The notes under the pieces were generated by a model. It was not told where the DNA came from. It saw nothing but the letters and a program-made list of their open reading frames with translations, and searched no databases. Source: Pseudonocardiaceae bacterium (GTDB lineage: Bacteria > Actinomycetota > Actinomycetes > Mycobacteriales > Pseudonocardiaceae). Taken from it: a DNA stretch of 61,384 nucleotides. Both the position numbers and the translations under genes were made by a program. Each line of letters starts with the position of its first letter. Position 1 is the first letter of the stretch. This document shows positions 1-21,278 of this stretch, in pieces. The DNA lies in NCBI GenBank assembly GCA_035997545.1, contig DASYIL010000285.1:1-61384 (forward strand), in the 5' to 3' direction.

Positions 1-150
1 CCCACCCACACAGGCAGGCACCGCACTGATCACTAGCAAACAAAAAAACAACACAAAACAAACATGGCACTAACATTTCGACACACTGTTGAGTTCTCAA
101 AGAACAAACACACACCATCACGAACCACCACTAAGGCGGCCGTTATTCCG
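1..150 (-). promoter_or_regulatory. rRNA operon 5' leader (pre-16S spacer), partial at window edge
   Basis: The reverse complement of about 79-105 reads GTTCTTTGAGAACTCAACAGTGTGTCG followed by T-rich tracts. This matches from memory the conserved actinobacterial pre-16S leader (mycobacterial CTTTTTGAGAACTCAATAGTGTG...). The region is AT-rich and non-coding. No 16S sequence is present in the window. Confidence 0.6.
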
Positions 151-325
151 GAATGACTCAGACTTCCCGGTCCCGGTTAGTCGACCCTGTGAGAGGTTCG
201 GTACCGGCCCCGGCGACTCATCGAGCTTACCAGCAGTCCGAGTCGGCACTCCCCGGGGGTCAGTCTAACGTCTGGGCGCCATCGGCGCTGTCGGCGTCTC
301 GTCCGTTCCCGGCGAAGCGAAGGGA

Positions 326-351
326 AAGTTACGCGGAACGTACGGCAGAAG

Positions 352-355
<4 letters not shown>
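326..355 (-). promoter_or_regulatory. candidate rrn promoter (TTGACT-18 nt-TAACTT)
   Basis: Minus strand: TTGACT at 355..350, an 18-nt spacer, then TAACTT at 331..326. It lies upstream of the rrn leader. The -35 overlaps the mpg stop codon. Confidence 0.3.
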
Positions 356-3622
<3,267 letters not shown>

Positions 3623-3685
3623 TCTTGTTCTCCCTTCGTCTAATCTCGTGAGTGGCAAACAAGTGTTATGAACACTGATTCGCAC

Positions 3686-6286
<2,601 letters not shown>

Positions 6287-6287
<1 letters not shown>

Positions 6288-7189
6288 CAGTCGTCACCCT
6301 CCTCGGGCAGCACCATCGTTCCCACACCTTCGGTGGTGAACACCTCCAAGAGCACCGAATGCGCCACCCGGCCATCGATGACATGAGCACGGGGTACCCC
6401 GCCCCGCACCGCGCGCAGGCAAGCCTCCATCTTCGGCACCATCCCGGCTGACAGCCCCGGCAGTAGCTTCTCCAGCTGGTCCACGGTCACCTGGGACAGC
6501 AGGCTGGATCGGTCCGGCCAGTCGGCGTAGAGCCCCTCGACGTCGGTGAGCACGACGAGCTTCCCGGCACTCAGCGCAACGGCCAGCGCTGCGGCGGCGG
6601 TGTCAGCGTTGATGTTGTGCACCACACCGTCGGTGTCCGGGGCCAATCCGGAGACCACCGGGATGCGCCCAGCGTTGACGATGTCAAGCACCGCGTCGGG
6701 GTTCACCGCGACCACGTCGCCGACCAGCCCCACGTCGACCTGCTCGCCGTCCACGGTGGCGGTGCACCGGGCAGCGGTGAACAGGTGCGCGTCCTCGCCG
6801 GAGATGCCGACGGCGAACGGACCGTGCGCGTTGACCAGCCCGACGAGCTCTCGGCCCACCTGACCGAATAGGACCATGCGCACCACGTCGATCGTCTCGG
6901 GTGTAGTGACCCGTAGGCCCCCGCGGAACTCCCCGGCGATGCCCAGCCGGTCGAGCATGGCGTTGATCTGGGGCCCGCCTCCGTGCACCACGACGGGGCG
7001 TAGCCCGGCCAGCCGCAGGAAGACCATGTCCTGGGCGAAGGCCCGCTTGAGCTGATCGTCCAGCATCGCGTTGCCACCATATTTGATCACGACGGTGGCC
7101 CCGTGGAAGCGCTGCAACCAGGGCAGCGCCTCGGCGAGCACCGCGGCCTTCTGGGCCGCCGTGTTGATTCGTGACTCGGCGAGCGTCAT
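6287..7189 (-). CDS. argB: acetylglutamate kinase
   Basis: [42 protein letters not shown]... The ATG overlaps the argJ stop (ATGA). The ORF's upstream extension is rejected. Confidence 0.95.
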
Positions 7190-8343
7190 GACGAGTACGC
7201 GCTGTTCTCGTCGACGTACCCGTGCGAGAGGTCGGTGGTGAGCATGGTGACCTGCCCGTCGCCGAGGTGCAGATCGATCTCGACGGTGATCTCCCGGCCG
7301 GACAGGTCCGCCTTCGAGCGGTCGGCCGCCACCGCGCCGCCCTGACAGAGCAGCAGTCCGTTGATCCGGACGTCGAGCGTGTCGGCGGCCACGGTGGCGG
7401 CGGAGGCACCCACCGCGGCGGCGATCCGTCCCCAGTTGGGGTCGGAGCCGAACAAGGCCGTCTTGACCAGGTTGTCCCGGGCAACCGCCCGGGCCGCCAC
7501 GAGCGCGTCGGCATCGCTGGCCGCCCCGCGGACGGTGATCGCGATCTCTTTGGTGACGCCCTCGGCGTCGGCCTGCAGGCTCTTGACCAGCTCGTGGCAC
7601 ACCTGCCGCACCGCGGCGGCGAGCTCCGCCCGGCCTGGCATAACCCCCGAGGCGCCCGACGCGAGCAGTAGCACGGTGTCGTTCGTCGAGCAGCCACCGT
7701 CGATGTCCAGGCGCTCAAATGTCTCGCTCGTGGCGGAGCGCAACACGGCGTCCAGTGTGGACTCGTCGACGGCGGCGTCGGTGGTGAGCACGCAGAGCAT
7801 GGTGGCCAGGCTGGGCGCGATCATGCCGACTCCCTTGGCGAACCCGCCCACTGTCCAACCCGCGCTGGTGGCTGCGGCCTGCTTCGGGACGGTGTCGGTG
7901 GTGAGCACTGCGGTGGCCGCGGCCAGGCCGGCCTCCGGCGTCGCGGCCAGTGCTGCGGCGGCGGTGTCGACTCCGGATAGCACAGCGGCCAGCGGCAGTC
8001 GCTCGCCGATCAGCCCCGTGGAACACACGGCGACCTCGGCCGCCCCGCAGTCCAGTACCTGCGCGACCCGCTCAGCGGTGGCGTGGGTGTCCTGGAAACC
8101 GCCAGGACCGGTGCACGCGTTGGAACCGCCGGAGTTCAGCACGACAGCGCGCAGCCGCCGCCCGGTGAGCACCTGCGCCGACCACAGCACCGGGGCGGCC
8201 TTAACCTGGTTGCGGGTGAACACCCCCGCGGCCGCCCTGGACGGTCCGTCGTTGACCACCAGGGCCAGGTCTAGCGCACCGCTGACCTTGATGCCGGCGG
8301 CGACCCCGGCCGCTCGGAACCCGCTGGCTGCAGTGACGCTCAT
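7186..8343 (-). CDS. argJ: bifunctional ornithine acetyltransferase / N-acetylglutamate synthase
   Basis: [19 protein letters not shown]... N-terminus and the autoprocessing region ...[18 protein letters not shown]... Confidence 0.95.
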   Translation of the reverse strand: MSVTAASGFRAAGVAAGIKVSGALDLALVVNDGPSRAAAGVFTRNQVKAAPVLWSAQVLTGRRLRAVVLNSGGSNACTGPGGFQDTHATAERVAQVLDCGAAEVAVCSTGLIGERLPLAAVLSGVDTAAAALAATPEAGLAAATAVLTTDTVPKQAAATSAGWTVGGFAKGVGMIAPSLATMLCVLTTDAAVDESTLDAVLRSATSETFERLDIDGGCSTNDTVLLLASGASGVMPGRAELAAAVRQVCHELVKSLQADAEGVTKEIAITVRGAASDADALVAARAVARDNLVKTALFGSDPNWGRIAAAVGASAATVAADTLDVRINGLLLCQGGAVAADRSKADLSGREITVEIDLHLGDGQVTMLTTDLSHGYVDENSAYSS

Positions 8344-8362
8344 GTCCGGCGTCCTCCCTGCT

Positions 8363-8421
8363 CGGTGTGGTGGGTCACGGTGTGGTGGTTCACGGTGTGG
8401 TGGGTCTCCCGGTGTGGTGGG

Positions 8422-8424
<3 letters not shown>
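8363..8424. repeat. four tandem copies of a 15-17 nt unit (CGGTGTGGTGGGTCA) filling the argC-argJ spacer
   Basis: Copies at 8363-8377, 8378-8392, 8393-8409 and 8410-8424. The last copy contains the argC stop codon (tca at 8422-8424). Confidence 0.9.
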
Positions 8425-9490
<1,066 letters not shown>

Positions 9491-9588
9491 GGGCTTGTGG
9501 GATCGGACACAACATGCAAGAGAGCCCGACACACCGTGACACCGTGCAGGAGAGCCGGACACGCGGGGCTTGCGAGGGGACTACGGAC

Positions 9589-12063
9589 TCACGCCCGCAG
9601 CGTGGCGCCGTGTGTCGCGATGGCGGCGGCGACCGCCGCATCGCGAGCGGCGCTGGCCTCGGCGGCGGTGAGGGTGCGATCCGGGGCTCGGAAGCGCAGC
9701 GAGAAGGCAAGCGACCGCTTGCCTTCTCCGACCTGGTCGCCGGTGTAGACGTCAAACAGGCGCACGTCCTCCAGCAGCTCCCCGGCGCCCCGGCGCAATG
9801 TGGCGGTCAGCTCGGCGGCCGGCACCGCCACGTCCACCACCAGCGCGACGTCCTGCAGCACCGGCGGGTAGGGCGACACCACCGGGGCGGGCCGCCACTC
9901 GGTCAGCGGCAGCGCGTCGAGATCAAGTTCCATCGCACAAGTCCGCGTCGGCAGTTCCAGTGCCTCGATCACCGCGGGGTGCAGCTCCCCGGCATGCCCC
10001 ACCACGCTGCCGTCCACCCGCAGCTGGGCACACCGGCCGGGATGCCACGGCGCAGTCTCGGCGGCGCGCACCTCAAGCTCCACTCCGGCGGCATGACCGA
10101 CCAGCCGCGCGGACTGCACCGCGTCGGCCCAGCTGCTCATCCGGCCGGCGCCCCACCAGCCGGGACGCTCCCATTTCCCGGCGAGCACGACACCCACATG
10201 CAGCGGCTGGGTCGGTAGCGCGTTGGTCAGGCGGGCGATCTCGGCGTCGCTTGGCCGCTGGCGCACCCCGACGTCCGGTAGCGGCGCGGCGCCGGGGCGC
10301 GGCTGCACGACCGGGGCCATGGCGTAGAGCAGGACGTCGCGCTGCCCACGGGCGACGTTGCGGATCAGGGCCTCCAGCAGGCCGGGCAACAGCATGGTGG
10401 ACAGCTGGTCACGGTCGGATTCCAACGGGTTGAGCAGCGCGGCGGTGTGCCGTCGGGCATCGTTGTCGGGCAGCCGGAATGCGTCCCAGATGGCACCTGA
10501 GACGAACGGGCTGGGCAGCACCTCCACATAGCCTGCGTCGGCGAGCGTCCGGGAGATCGTCCGGCGGCGACGCTGCCCCGCGGTGAGCCCGCGGCCAGGT
10601 GGTGCTGGCGGCAGCTCGGAAGGGATAGTGTCGTATCCCTCCAGCCGCAGCACCTCCTCGACGAGGTCAACAGGTTGAACCAGGTCGGGCCGCCACGACG
10701 GCGGGACGGCGGTGACCGTCGTGGTGCCATTGATACCGCCGACTTCCACCGCGCAGCCGATCTGGGAAAGCCGGCGGACCGTGGCACCGTTCTCATATCG
10801 CTGCCCGGCCACCCGATCCGGGAGGTCGATCGGTATCGTCACCGGCGTTGACCGCAAAAGTGTTCCGACGTCAGTGCGGCCCGGCTGGATCTCTCCGCCG
10901 CCGTAGCGGGTCAGCAGCGTCGCCGCGAGCTCGGCGGCCACCGGTGGCAGGGCGGGATCCACCGCGCGCTCGAAGCGCCGAGCCGCCTCGCTGGGCAACT
11001 TGTGTCGCCGGGCGCTGCGAGCCACCGACGCCGGGTCCCAGGTCGCCGCCTCCAGCAGCAGGCTGGTGGTCTGGAGACCGACTTCGGTGCTCTCGCCACC
11101 CATCACGGCCGCCAAGGACACCGGGCCACTGATGTCGCAGATCACCATGTCGTCCGGATCCAGCTCCCGGCTCACCCCGTCCAATGTGGTGAGCTTTTCG
11201 CCCTCGCCGGCCCGGCGGACGACGAGGGCGCCGTCCAGCCTCTCGACGTCCCAGGCATGCATCGGCTGACCGAGTTCGATCATCACATAGTTGGTGATGT
11301 CGACTGCCAGCGAGATCGGCCGTATCCCGGCCAGTTGCAACCTCCGGCGCATCCACCAGGGCGACGCGGCGGTCGGGTCCACGCCCGACACGCAGCGGGC
11401 GACGAACCGGCGGCACCCCTGCTCGTCGTCGATGCGTACCGGCCAGGCAGCGCTCTGAGTCTGCGGCACTTCCAGCAGGCCGGGGTCCCGGTAGGGAGCA
11501 TCGAAAGCGATGGCCAGCTCGCGAGCCAGCCCACGCACCGACAGGCAGTACCCGCGGTCCGGGGTGATCGACAGCTCGATCACCGCATCGTCCAGACCGA
11601 GCAGCTCGACGGCATTTCCCCCGGGGAGGGCGGAATCGGCCGGGAGCACCATGATCCCGGTGTGGTCGTCGCCGAGCCCAAGCTCAGCGACCGAGCAGAT
11701 CATCCCGTCGGACGTCTGGCCGTAGGCGGTGCGCGACGCGATCGCAACGTCGCCTGGCAGTACCACCCCAGGCCGTGCCACCACCACTAGATCGCCCACG
11801 TCGAAGTTGGTGGCACCGCAGATGATCCCGCGTGGCGCCGGGTCGCCGTCGTCGACCAGGCAGTACCGGACGGCCTTCTTGAAGCCGATCAGCTCCTCGA
11901 TCTCCTGCACTCGGCCCACCACGAGCGGCCCACTCACCGGGCCGAGCTGGTCCACCGCCTCAACCTCGAGGCCGGCCCGCACGAGGGCATCAGCAATGTT
12001 CGGGGCGGCGGTGCCTTCAGGGAGCGCGACGTGATCGCGCAGCCATGACACGGGAACACGCAC
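9589..12063 (-). CDS. pheT: phenylalanine--tRNA ligase beta subunit
   Basis: 824 aa with MRVPVSWLRDHV... N-terminus and a full-length PheT domain pattern. It sits directly downstream of pheS. Confidence 0.95.
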   Translation of the reverse strand: MRVPVSWLRDHVALPEGTAAPNIADALVRAGLEVEAVDQLGPVSGPLVVGRVQEIEELIGFKKAVRYCLVDDGDPAPRGIICGATNFDVGDLVVVARPGVVLPGDVAIASRTAYGQTSDGMICSVAELGLGDDHTGIMVLPADSALPGGNAVELLGLDDAVIELSITPDRGYCLSVRGLARELAIAFDAPYRDPGLLEVPQTQSAAWPVRIDDEQGCRRFVARCVSGVDPTAASPWWMRRRLQLAGIRPISLAVDITNYVMIELGQPMHAWDVERLDGALVVRRAGEGEKLTTLDGVSRELDPDDMVICDISGPVSLAAVMGGESTEVGLQTTSLLLEAATWDPASVARSARRHKLPSEAARRFERAVDPALPPVAAELAATLLTRYGGGEIQPGRTDVGTLLRSTPVTIPIDLPDRVAGQRYENGATVRRLSQIGCAVEVGGINGTTTVTAVPPSWRPDLVQPVDLVEEVLRLEGYDTIPSELPPAPPGRGLTAGQRRRRTISRTLADAGYVEVLPSPFVSGAIWDAFRLPDNDARRHTAALLNPLESDRDQLSTMLLPGLLEALIRNVARGQRDVLLYAMAPVVQPRPGAAPLPDVGVRQRPSDAEIARLTNALPTQPLHVGVVLAGKWERPGWWGAGRMSSWADAVQSARLVGHAAGVELEVRAAETAPWHPGRCAQLRVDGSVVGHAGELHPAVIEALELPTRTCAMELDLDALPLTEWRPAPVVSPYPPVLQDVALVVDVAVPAAELTATLRRGAGELLEDVRLFDVYTGDQVGEGKRSLAFSLRFRAPDRTLTAAEASAARDAAVAAAIATHGATLRA

Positions 12064-12068
12064 TTCCC

Positions 12069-14044
<1,976 letters not shown>

Positions 14045-14073
14045 AGGGTTCCAGGTGTGGCCGGCCGCTGCGC

Positions 14074-14478
14074 TCAGGCGGCGTCGCCGTCCTGGGACAC
14101 CGGGGCACTCGCCCCACGGCTGGCCGGCAGGTTGGCCCTGGCGATCTCGACCAACGCGGTGAACGCGGACGGGTCGGACACCGCGAGCTCGGCGAGGTTC
14201 TTGCGGTCCACCTCGATCTCGGCGACGCGTAGCCCCTGAATAAGCCGGTTGTAGGTCATCCCGTTCTGCCGTGCCGCAGCGTTGATCCGGGTGATCCAGA
14301 GCTGCCGAAAGTCACCCTTGCGTGCCCGCCGATCGCGGTAGGCGTACTGCATCGAGTGGAGGATCTGTTCCTTGGCTTTGCGGTAGAGCCGGGAACGTTG
14401 GCCGCGGTAGCCGCTGGCGGCCTCCAGGGTGGTGCGGCGCTTCTTCTGGGCGTTGATCGCCCGCTTGACGCGTGCCAC
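14074..14478 (-). CDS. rplT: 50S ribosomal protein L20
   Basis: [38 protein letters not shown]... Confidence 0.97.
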   Translation of the reverse strand: MARVKRAINAQKKRRTTLEAASGYRGQRSRLYRKAKEQILHSMQYAYRDRRARKGDFRQLWITRINAAARQNGMTYNRLIQGLRVAEIEVDRKNLAELAVSDPSAFTALVEIARANLPASRGASAPVSQDGDAA

Positions 14479-14559
14479 TGGTTCATCCTGTCGGTCTCGG
14501 GGGCGGGGGGTGATCGCCCAGGGTCTTCAGTGAGGGCCGGGGTCGCGGAGAACCGCTGG

Positions 14560-14754
14560 TCAGAGACCGAGCAGCTGGCGGATCCGTTTGGCGTCCTGCG
14601 GAGCGACCTCAACCACCCCGTGCAGGCGGCGGGTGACTCTGGAGGACTTCTTCTCCAACAGGTGGCGCTTGCCGGCGCGCTGCCGCAGCAGCTTGCCGGT
14701 AGCGGAGACCTTCACGCGCTTCGCGGTGCCCCGATGGGTCTTGTTCTTCGGCAT
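14560..14754 (-). CDS. rpmI: 50S ribosomal protein L35
   Basis: [36 protein letters not shown]... The start is trimmed to M45 of the ORF. Confidence 0.95.
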   Translation of the reverse strand: MPKNKTHRGTAKRVKVSATGKLLRQRAGKRHLLEKKSSRVTRRLHGVVEVAPQDAKRIRQLLGL

Positions 14755-14882
14755 GTCCGTCCTCGTCCTGCCACCCGGCTGGGGCGGCAATCGTCTGCTC
14801 GTCGGCGCGCTACCGGGCGCGGCCGAACTGCCCGCATACCACAACGACGGGCTTGCTGTGGGGCCCGATGTGTCACCCCATG

Positions 14883-15515
14883 TCACTGCACCGGCTGTTG
14901 CTCCGCAGGTTGGGCCGCCGGCTGTTGCTCCGCCAACTGCTCCCCCACCGACTGTTCCTCCGCAGGTTGGGCAGCATCCCGTTCGACCCGGACCACCTTT
15001 GGCTTATTGCGATGCGGAGCCAGCACCATCGTCATGTTCCGGCCGTCCTGCTTGGCGGAAGTCTCCACGAAACCCAACTCGGCGACGTCGTTAGACAGCC
15101 GCTGCAGCAGCCGGAACCCCAGCTCCGGCCGGGACTGCTCGCGACCCCGGAACATGATGGTGACTTTCACCTTGTGCCCCGCGTCGAGGAACCGCACGAC
15201 ATGGCGCTTCTTGGTCTCGTAGTCGTGCGCATCAATCTTGGGGCGAAGCTTTTGCTCCTTGATGACCGTCATCTGCTGGTTGCGGCGGGACTCACGGGCC
15301 TTCTGTGCGGTTTCGTACTTGAACTTGCCGAAGTCCATGAGCTTGCAGACCGGTGGCCGGGCCTGCGCCGCGACCTCGACCAGGTCAAGATCCGCTTCCT
15401 GAGCTAGTCGCAGTGCGTCCTCGATGCGGACGATGCCAACCTGCTCGCCATTCGGTCCGACCAACCTAACCTCGGGAACGCGGATGCGTTCATTAATGCG
15501 TGTCTCGACGGTGAT
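14883..15515 (-). CDS. infC: translation initiation factor IF-3 (apparent ATC start)
   Basis: ...[26 protein letters not shown]...[12 protein letters not shown]... There is no in-frame ATG/GTG near the conserved N-terminus. An ATC at 15515..15513 is preceded by GAGGAGG (15527..15521) at 5-nt spacing. The C-terminal tail is Q/P/A/E-rich low complexity. Confidence 0.85.
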   Translation of the reverse strand: MTVETRINERIRVPEVRLVGPNGEQVGIVRIEDALRLAQEADLDLVEVAAQARPPVCKLMDFGKFKYETAQKARESRRNQQMTVIKEQKLRPKIDAHDYETKKRHVVRFLDAGHKVKVTIMFRGREQSRPELGFRLLQRLSNDVAELGFVETSAKQDGRNMTMVLAPHRNKPKVVRVERDAAQPAEEQSVGEQLAEQQPAAQPAEQQPVQ

Positions 15516-15573
15516 GTGGCCTCCTCGGTCGTCATGCCCACGGCGCGACCGAGCGTGTGGAGCCCTGCCTGCT

Positions 15574-15600
15574 GCACCGATGCCAACTGAACATCGGTGC
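15574..15600 (-). promoter_or_regulatory. perfect 9-bp hairpin in the infC 5' leader
   Basis: GCACCGATG (15574-15582) pairs with CATCGGTGC (15592-15600) around a 9-nt loop. It lies about 60-85 nt upstream of the infC start. Confidence 0.4.
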
Positions 15601-15823
15601 CTGCTGAATCCCCCGGACGCAGCGCGGCCCCGCCGCCTACTGGCGTACGGGGCCCGCAGATCCGACCGATCGACGCCGCTTGTGTCTGGTCGACACTGCC
15701 CGACGTAACGCCGGAAACCACCGTGGGATTCCGGGACCGGACCCGGCCGCCTCGCGGCGTTCGGGTGGGAGCGGGGCTCCACTTTGCCACCTCCGCCGAA
15801 GCAGAAGCTGGTCGCACCACACA

Positions 15824-15845
15824 TTCTAACAGGCTTCTAACAGGC
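15824..15845 (-). promoter_or_regulatory. 11-nt perfect tandem duplication carrying an extended -10-like TGTTAGAAT (candidate infC promoter)
   Basis: Plus-strand TTCTAACAGGC occurs twice (15824-15834 and 15835-15845). The minus strand reads GCCTGTTAGAAGCCTGTTAGAATG, where TGTTAGAAT fits TGnTAnnnT. Confidence 0.35.
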
Positions 15846-15892
15846 CAACGGCCCTCGGTACCCAAACGACACCGTCACCCACACGACACGAA

Positions 15893-18799
<2,907 letters not shown>

Positions 18800-18932
18800 T
18801 GTGTTCCCTTCGGACCCCGTGGTTCCTTCGGACCTCCTGCGCCCTTCGAATCCGGTGCGGTCAGGTTGTCCCAGCACCGCGTGGGGTCTCCTTGACGGGG
18901 CCTCTGCCGCGGGACATGCGGAGCCGGCTCCC

Positions 18933-18954
18933 ATGCTATGCGGCACCCCTGACA
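18933..18954 (-). promoter_or_regulatory. RecA-NDp (PafBC-type) DNA-damage promoter motif upstream of uvrA
   Basis: The minus strand reads TGTCAGGG-GTGCCGCA-TAGCAT against the consensus TGTCRGTG-N8-TANNNT. It lies about 134 nt upstream of the uvrA GTG. Confidence 0.55.
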
Positions 18955-18970
18955 CAAACGTCCACCGGTC

Positions 18971-19705
18971 GTGCTCAGCCGGCGAGTGCATCGCCATGTT
19001 CGAACTGCACCACTAGGGTCGCAAGGCGTGGACATCCTGGAGGACTACGACGGCGCGGTTGAGCCCGGCGGACCGGCCCAGCGCCGGACGCTGGATGCGC
19101 TGACCATCACCAAGATCTCAGTCGGGCCGATGGACAACAACGCCTACCTGCTGGTCTGCCGGGCCACCGGCGAGGCGTTGATGATCGACGCGGCCAATGA
19201 CGCCGAGCGACTGATGGACCTGCTGGGCCATGGCCCGGACCGGCCCGATCTGCGGACGATCGTCACCACCCACCGACACGGGGACCACTGGCGGGCCCTC
19301 GGTGCGGTGGCTGGTGCCACCAGTGTGCAGACCATCGCACATCCTGTTGACGCCCCCGCGTTGCCGGTACTCCCGGACCGCCTAGTGGATCACGGTGACA
19401 CCGTGGACGTCGGCCAGGTGGCGCTGGAGGTGATCCACCTGCGCGGGCACACCGCCGGCTCGATCGCCCTGCTGCACCGGGACACCGACCGCACGCCGCA
19501 CTTGTTCACCGGTGACTCGCTGTTTCCCGGCGGTCCTGGTCGGACCTGGTCGGCAGCGGATTTCACCTCGCTGATGGACGACCTGGAGTCCCGGGTATTC
19601 GATCAGCTCCCCGACGAGACCTGGTTCTACCCCGGCCACGGCAAGGACTCCACTGTCGGCATCGAGCGCCCCCACCTCGCCGAGTGGCGCGCCCGGGGAT
19701 GGTGA
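18971..19705 (+). CDS. MBL-fold metallo-hydrolase (glyoxalase II-like)
   Basis: ...[29 protein letters not shown]...THRHGDHW...GHTAGS... The start is uncertain: GTG at 18971 or in-frame GTG at 19028. Confidence 0.8.
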   Translation: MLSRRVHRHVRTAPLGSQGVDILEDYDGAVEPGGPAQRRTLDALTITKISVGPMDNNAYLLVCRATGEALMIDAANDAERLMDLLGHGPDRPDLRTIVTTHRHGDHWRALGAVAGATSVQTIAHPVDAPALPVLPDRLVDHGDTVDVGQVALEVIHLRGHTAGSIALLHRDTDRTPHLFTGDSLFPGGPGRTWSAADFTSLMDDLESRVFDQLPDETWFYPGHGKDSTVGIERPHLAEWRARGW

Positions 19706-20325
19706 CTGACCCGACCAGCATCCACCGAATGCCGCCCTCGTGCGGCGTCGCGGGCAGGGGCGGGCAGCGGTTGGAGAGCACCGTGACGTCGGAGCCGAGG
19801 GCACCGCGGCGCAGCACGAACACCGGGACATCGCCGGCGAGCCGGCGCAGGGACAGCAACCGCCCCGTGCCGCGGTCGCCGCGGCGGCGAAGCAGCGCGG
19901 CGGCGAAGCAGCGCGGCGGCGAAGCAGGCAACCGCCGCCGCGTTCAGCGCGGCGTGCACAAGCCCGACCCGCTGCTGGTCCTCGTGACTGTCGGACCAAT
20001 CCGCCCAACCCGCCGCGACCGTCGGCACGGTGCTAGCCAGCCCGACCGCGATCAGGCCGGACGACTCGCGACGCCGACCGCCGACCGCGTCGATCAGCGA
20101 GGCGAACATGAACGAGCCGAGCGCGAGCTGCGCCAGGGCGGGGTGTAGCGGATGCCCCAACCACACCCCGTGTAGCGCGTCCTTCAGCGTCCGGTTGCGC
20201 AGCAGCCGTTGCACGACGCCGCGTACCGCGGCCGCCGGCCGGTCCAACGCCTCGGCCCGCTCCAGTCGGACGATGTCGTCGAAGGGTCTCGTGCGCGGAG
20301 GATATGCACGCCGCGGCGGGATCAA
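19627..20325 (-). pseudogene. DUF2231-like membrane protein, reading frame disrupted at a 16-nt tandem repeat
   Basis: The N-terminal part (...LKDALHGVWLGHPLHPALAQLALGSFMFASLIDAVG...) is typical DUF2231. After the repeat at 19881-19928 the frame becomes Arg/Pro-rich nonsense running antisense into the MBL gene. Confidence 0.6.
19881..19928. repeat. three tandem copies of the 16-nt unit GCGGCGGCGAAGCAGC inside the DUF2231 gene
   Basis: Copies 19881-19896 and 19897-19912 are identical. Copy 19913-19928 differs only at its last base. Confidence 0.95.
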
Positions 20326-20540
20326 ACTCTGGCCCGATCAAGCGCGAGTCCCTGCCGGGCGGTCACAAGACAGTGCGCGCGCTGATCGAGGCCGGCGAAC
20401 TGCGCGCGGGTGACGTCGGAAGGTCGGGCCGGTACGGCCACCGAGCTGCTGACCGAGGCCACCGCGGTCGCCGAACGTGCCGGGAATCGATGTAGGCCGC
20501 AGATAGGGCCTGTCTCCCGAATGAGTACTGCGACAGCGAG

Positions 20541-21278
20541 ATGGGCAGGAGACGTACAGTTGCATATGGGGATCGTGCCGTGACCGTCGTCATGCGCCAG
20601 CGAGAACCGCTGGACCTGCATCAGGTGGACGACAATTCATGCTTGACCTGTGTTGCTGCGAACGTTCTGTACGTGTTAGGGGTCACCGATACCCCGGATA
20701 CGCGGTGGGTTGATCGCGAGGTTGGTCGGGAGCCCAGCTGCGGAGCGCAGCGCGCCGGGGCCAGGCGTTTCCTGCTCCAGCAGGGCCTCTCCCTGCACAT
20801 GGTGTGCGCCTACGAGCCTGAGCGGTTCCTGCAGGAGGGCTTCGATTACCTGAGGCGTTACTACAGCCAGGAGTGGGACTCGTCGTGGGACGAGTACTGG
20901 ACACGGCATCGGCTGGAGCGGCACCGCCGTGAGTGCCTCGCGGCGCAAGAGTTGGGCACCTTCGGCGCCAGGATGCGGACTGAGCACCGTCAACCCACCC
21001 TCGCCGACATCTGCGGCGCCCTGGACCGCGGCGGCCTTGTGTGGGTCTCTGTCGACAACTACTGGGGCAAGGTTGACTGTCACGCGGTCCTGGTCTACGG
21101 CCAGCGGGGCAACGTGTTCGACGTCTACTCGCCGGAGGTCTCACATAGCTGCCTGCAGCAGTACCGCCGTAGGCAATTGGACAGGGTGTGGCTACGCGGC
21201 GAGGGCATGACCGCCGTGTGGCGCCGTGAGCCCACATCCCATCCACCAGGCGAAGCCAATGGATGGCTGGCAGGCTAA
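20541..21278 (+). CDS. hypothetical papain-like (C39-like) cysteine peptidase fold protein
   Basis: Candidate catalytic Cys in HQVDDNSCLTCVAANVL and candidate His in KVDCHAVLVYGQRGNVFDVYSP. There is no signal peptide. It uses many A/T-ending codons, unlike its neighbours. The start may be M18 (20592). Confidence 0.5.
   Translation: MGRRRTVAYGDRAVTVVMRQREPLDLHQVDDNSCLTCVAANVLYVLGVTDTPDTRWVDREVGREPSCGAQRAGARRFLLQQGLSLHMVCAYEPERFLQEGFDYLRRYYSQEWDSSWDEYWTRHRLERHRRECLAAQELGTFGARMRTEHRQPTLADICGALDRGGLVWVSVDNYWGKVDCHAVLVYGQRGNVFDVYSPEVSHSCLQQYRRRQLDRVWLRGEGMTAVWRREPTSHPPGEANGWLAG

Noticed and set aside
18985-19005. GTTCGAAC palindrome in the uvrA/MBL spacer, considered as a LexA SOS box.
   Set aside because: The actinobacterial LexA box is TCGAAC-N4-GTTCGA, with half-sites separated by 4 nt. 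Here the halves are fused in the opposite order, and the site lies inside the MBL ORF.
20304-20495. 63-aa plus-strand ORF (...TVRALIEAGELRAGDV...) in the DUF2231/peptidase spacer.
   Set aside because: It is short, has no recognisable domain, and begins inside the DUF2231 coding region. It may be a fragment, but that cannot be supported.
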